A stretch of DNA of 63,838 bases, counting the filler, from Basidiobolus ranarum (Eukaryota), in NCBI GenBank assembly GCA_040143965.1. It is 7 parts of 7 records of this genome, joined end to end, with 100 filler letters (N's around TTAATTAATTAA, not from the genome) between each part and the next. Parts side by side here need not be neighbours in the genome. Positions count along the whole stretch, not along the records: positions 54,821 to 63,838 come from JASJQH010000884.1; 6 more parts are not named here. One strand, 5' to 3'. The translations under genes were made by a program, and so were the position numbers. The notes under the pieces were generated by a model that saw nothing but the letters and a program-made list of their open reading frames with translations, had not been told where the DNA came from and did not search any database. Positions 62,362 through 63,838 of the stretch are shown piece by piece (positions within the stretch are counted from its first letter, which is position 1; each line of letters begins with the position of its first letter).

Positions 62362-63838
62362 ATGAACTACACACAACAGGAGCAAGGTTTGGTTGTCCAC
62401 CCTTCGGATTCACTTCCTCCGAATTCTGGACATCCATATTTTGAAATGAGAGATGTTGACGATGTTGGCACTCAGATACGTCAACAGCTAACCAATTTTC
62501 ATGCAACTCTAGTTTCACACATTGCTGTTGAAATGAGATCTATTCATGAGCGTATCGGTACCATCGAGGGTAAACTAGATCAAATCATGAACACTGAATC
62601 TCGTACTCTACAAATGAGACTTTCCGAAATTGAAAACAAATTGAACGAGATTACCTACTCACAACCCCCCAAAAGTAGTGCTAGATCTACTGCAAATGGA
62701 ATCACCGCAACAAACAGTGTCAATAATGTTAATAATAACGGTATCTTGACCGGCAATGCGAGTGTTGGAATCTCCCAACCCCCAAATTCTCTAAATAGAC
62801 TAGGAGTAAATGTGCCGAGTCTAAATCAAACCCCTACTCCGATGACTCCGTCAACCACCGGGACTAATAGTTCCGAACAAAGTCCAGCTAGTTTGGCTCA
62901 AACCGGAATGATGGTCCCTATAATGTCCAATTCTAGTCGAGAAACCCTAGTATCACAACTTCCTTCCGAGGAAGGCGCCAAAGTGAAAGTTCTACTTCGA
63001 CAGTTTGCTGGTAAAGCAATGGCATATATTGAACAAAACGCGCCGGCTTACGTGAGCATCAATAACCATGTTGGAGGTATTTTTTTATTCTTAGCCTTTA
63101 TCTTTCATGAACTTTAAATTAAATTCATTATGCTATAGCGACAAAGACTATGAAACGCTTCGATATTTATGACTCTGCTACCTGGGATCAATTTGTTGAA
63201 ACAAACTTTCCTCATATATCCAAATCTGATTTGAAAGATGAACTTGTCAAAATTGTCAGCGTTAAGGTGAAGAATACGAAGGCTCGGTACAAAAAGGTAA
63301 ACCATATCTGCATACGTACGCGTTTCTATTACATACGCGAGATGTTATTGTAAAACGAAGAGTTACTTACATAGCTGCCATATACAGAGGGCCTCGGATT
63401 CTCATCATCCTCAGCCAAATCAACAACTACAGCTCCCAGATACCATGTCTGAGGTATGGGTTTTATTATTTGCATTTAAGGATATTTTCAATAGTTCCTA
63501 AATTGTTCCATCTATAGAGCGAAGCAAGTCCGTCTCCCAAAAGACTTTGTGCTACACCCACTGCACTCAATGAGAATGAATTACTAGTTCAACAATCAGT
63601 GCAACTACCACAATCTCATTCACACCCGCTTCAGCAATCCTCCAATCAGCAGCGGCAACCAGGAAATCCCTCTCAGCTACATGTGCATCCGCAGCAGCAC
63701 CACCTACAGCGGCAGCATATGCAACAGTTACAGCATCAACATCAACATCCTCAGGGCAACGGGGTATGAAAGTCCATTTTCTCACACTTCACTTTGCATT
63801 TTTCTGACTATCCTTTTGTCTTCAGGATGGAACTGAAC
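62362..63838 (+). CDS. Hypothetical multi-exon protein with coiled coil and Asn/Ser and Gln/His low-complexity regions (possible transcription regulator); 3'-truncated
   Basis: Long first exon with heptad segment IHERIGTIEGKLDQI..RLSEIENKLNEI, a small helical basic domain, and a later Q/H-rich exon; GT-AG introns. Confidence 0.7.

Overview
Eukaryotic (fungal) genomic DNA with short GT-AG introns; the gene and transposon content suggests an early-diverging fungus (Mucoromycota/Zoopagomycota, Basidiobolus-like; this is inference). The window is not contiguous. It is seven unrelated contigs of 9049, 9044, 9039, 9032, 9030, 9026 and 9018 bp, sorted by length and joined by 100-bp N44-TTAATTAATTAA-N44 spacers, so gene neighbourhoods only hold within a contig. 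Recognisable genes: the 3' end of an intronless, bacterial-style NRPS (A-T-E-TE), a C-factor-like SDR, a secreted subtilisin, a divergent Gfo/Idh/MocA protein, a COG2907-like flavoprotein, urease, mitochondrial aconitase, an Angel/CCR4-family EEP protein, TAF7, a lipid-droplet hydrolase, a divergent calmodulin-like protein, RPL42, a Rap-GAP, a DUF4203 membrane protein and an aquaglyceroporin. Mobile DNA: a ~340-bp copia-like solo-LTR family (three copies with 5-bp TSDs), a Tc1/mariner MITE, a Tc1 relic and a decayed Fanzor (eukaryotic TnpB) gene. Most notable: the Fanzor relic with upstream hairpin repeats and an adjacent 182-bp duplication, the NRPS ending in E-TE, and an unrecognised secreted protein made of eight Cys-x18/19-Cys repeats.
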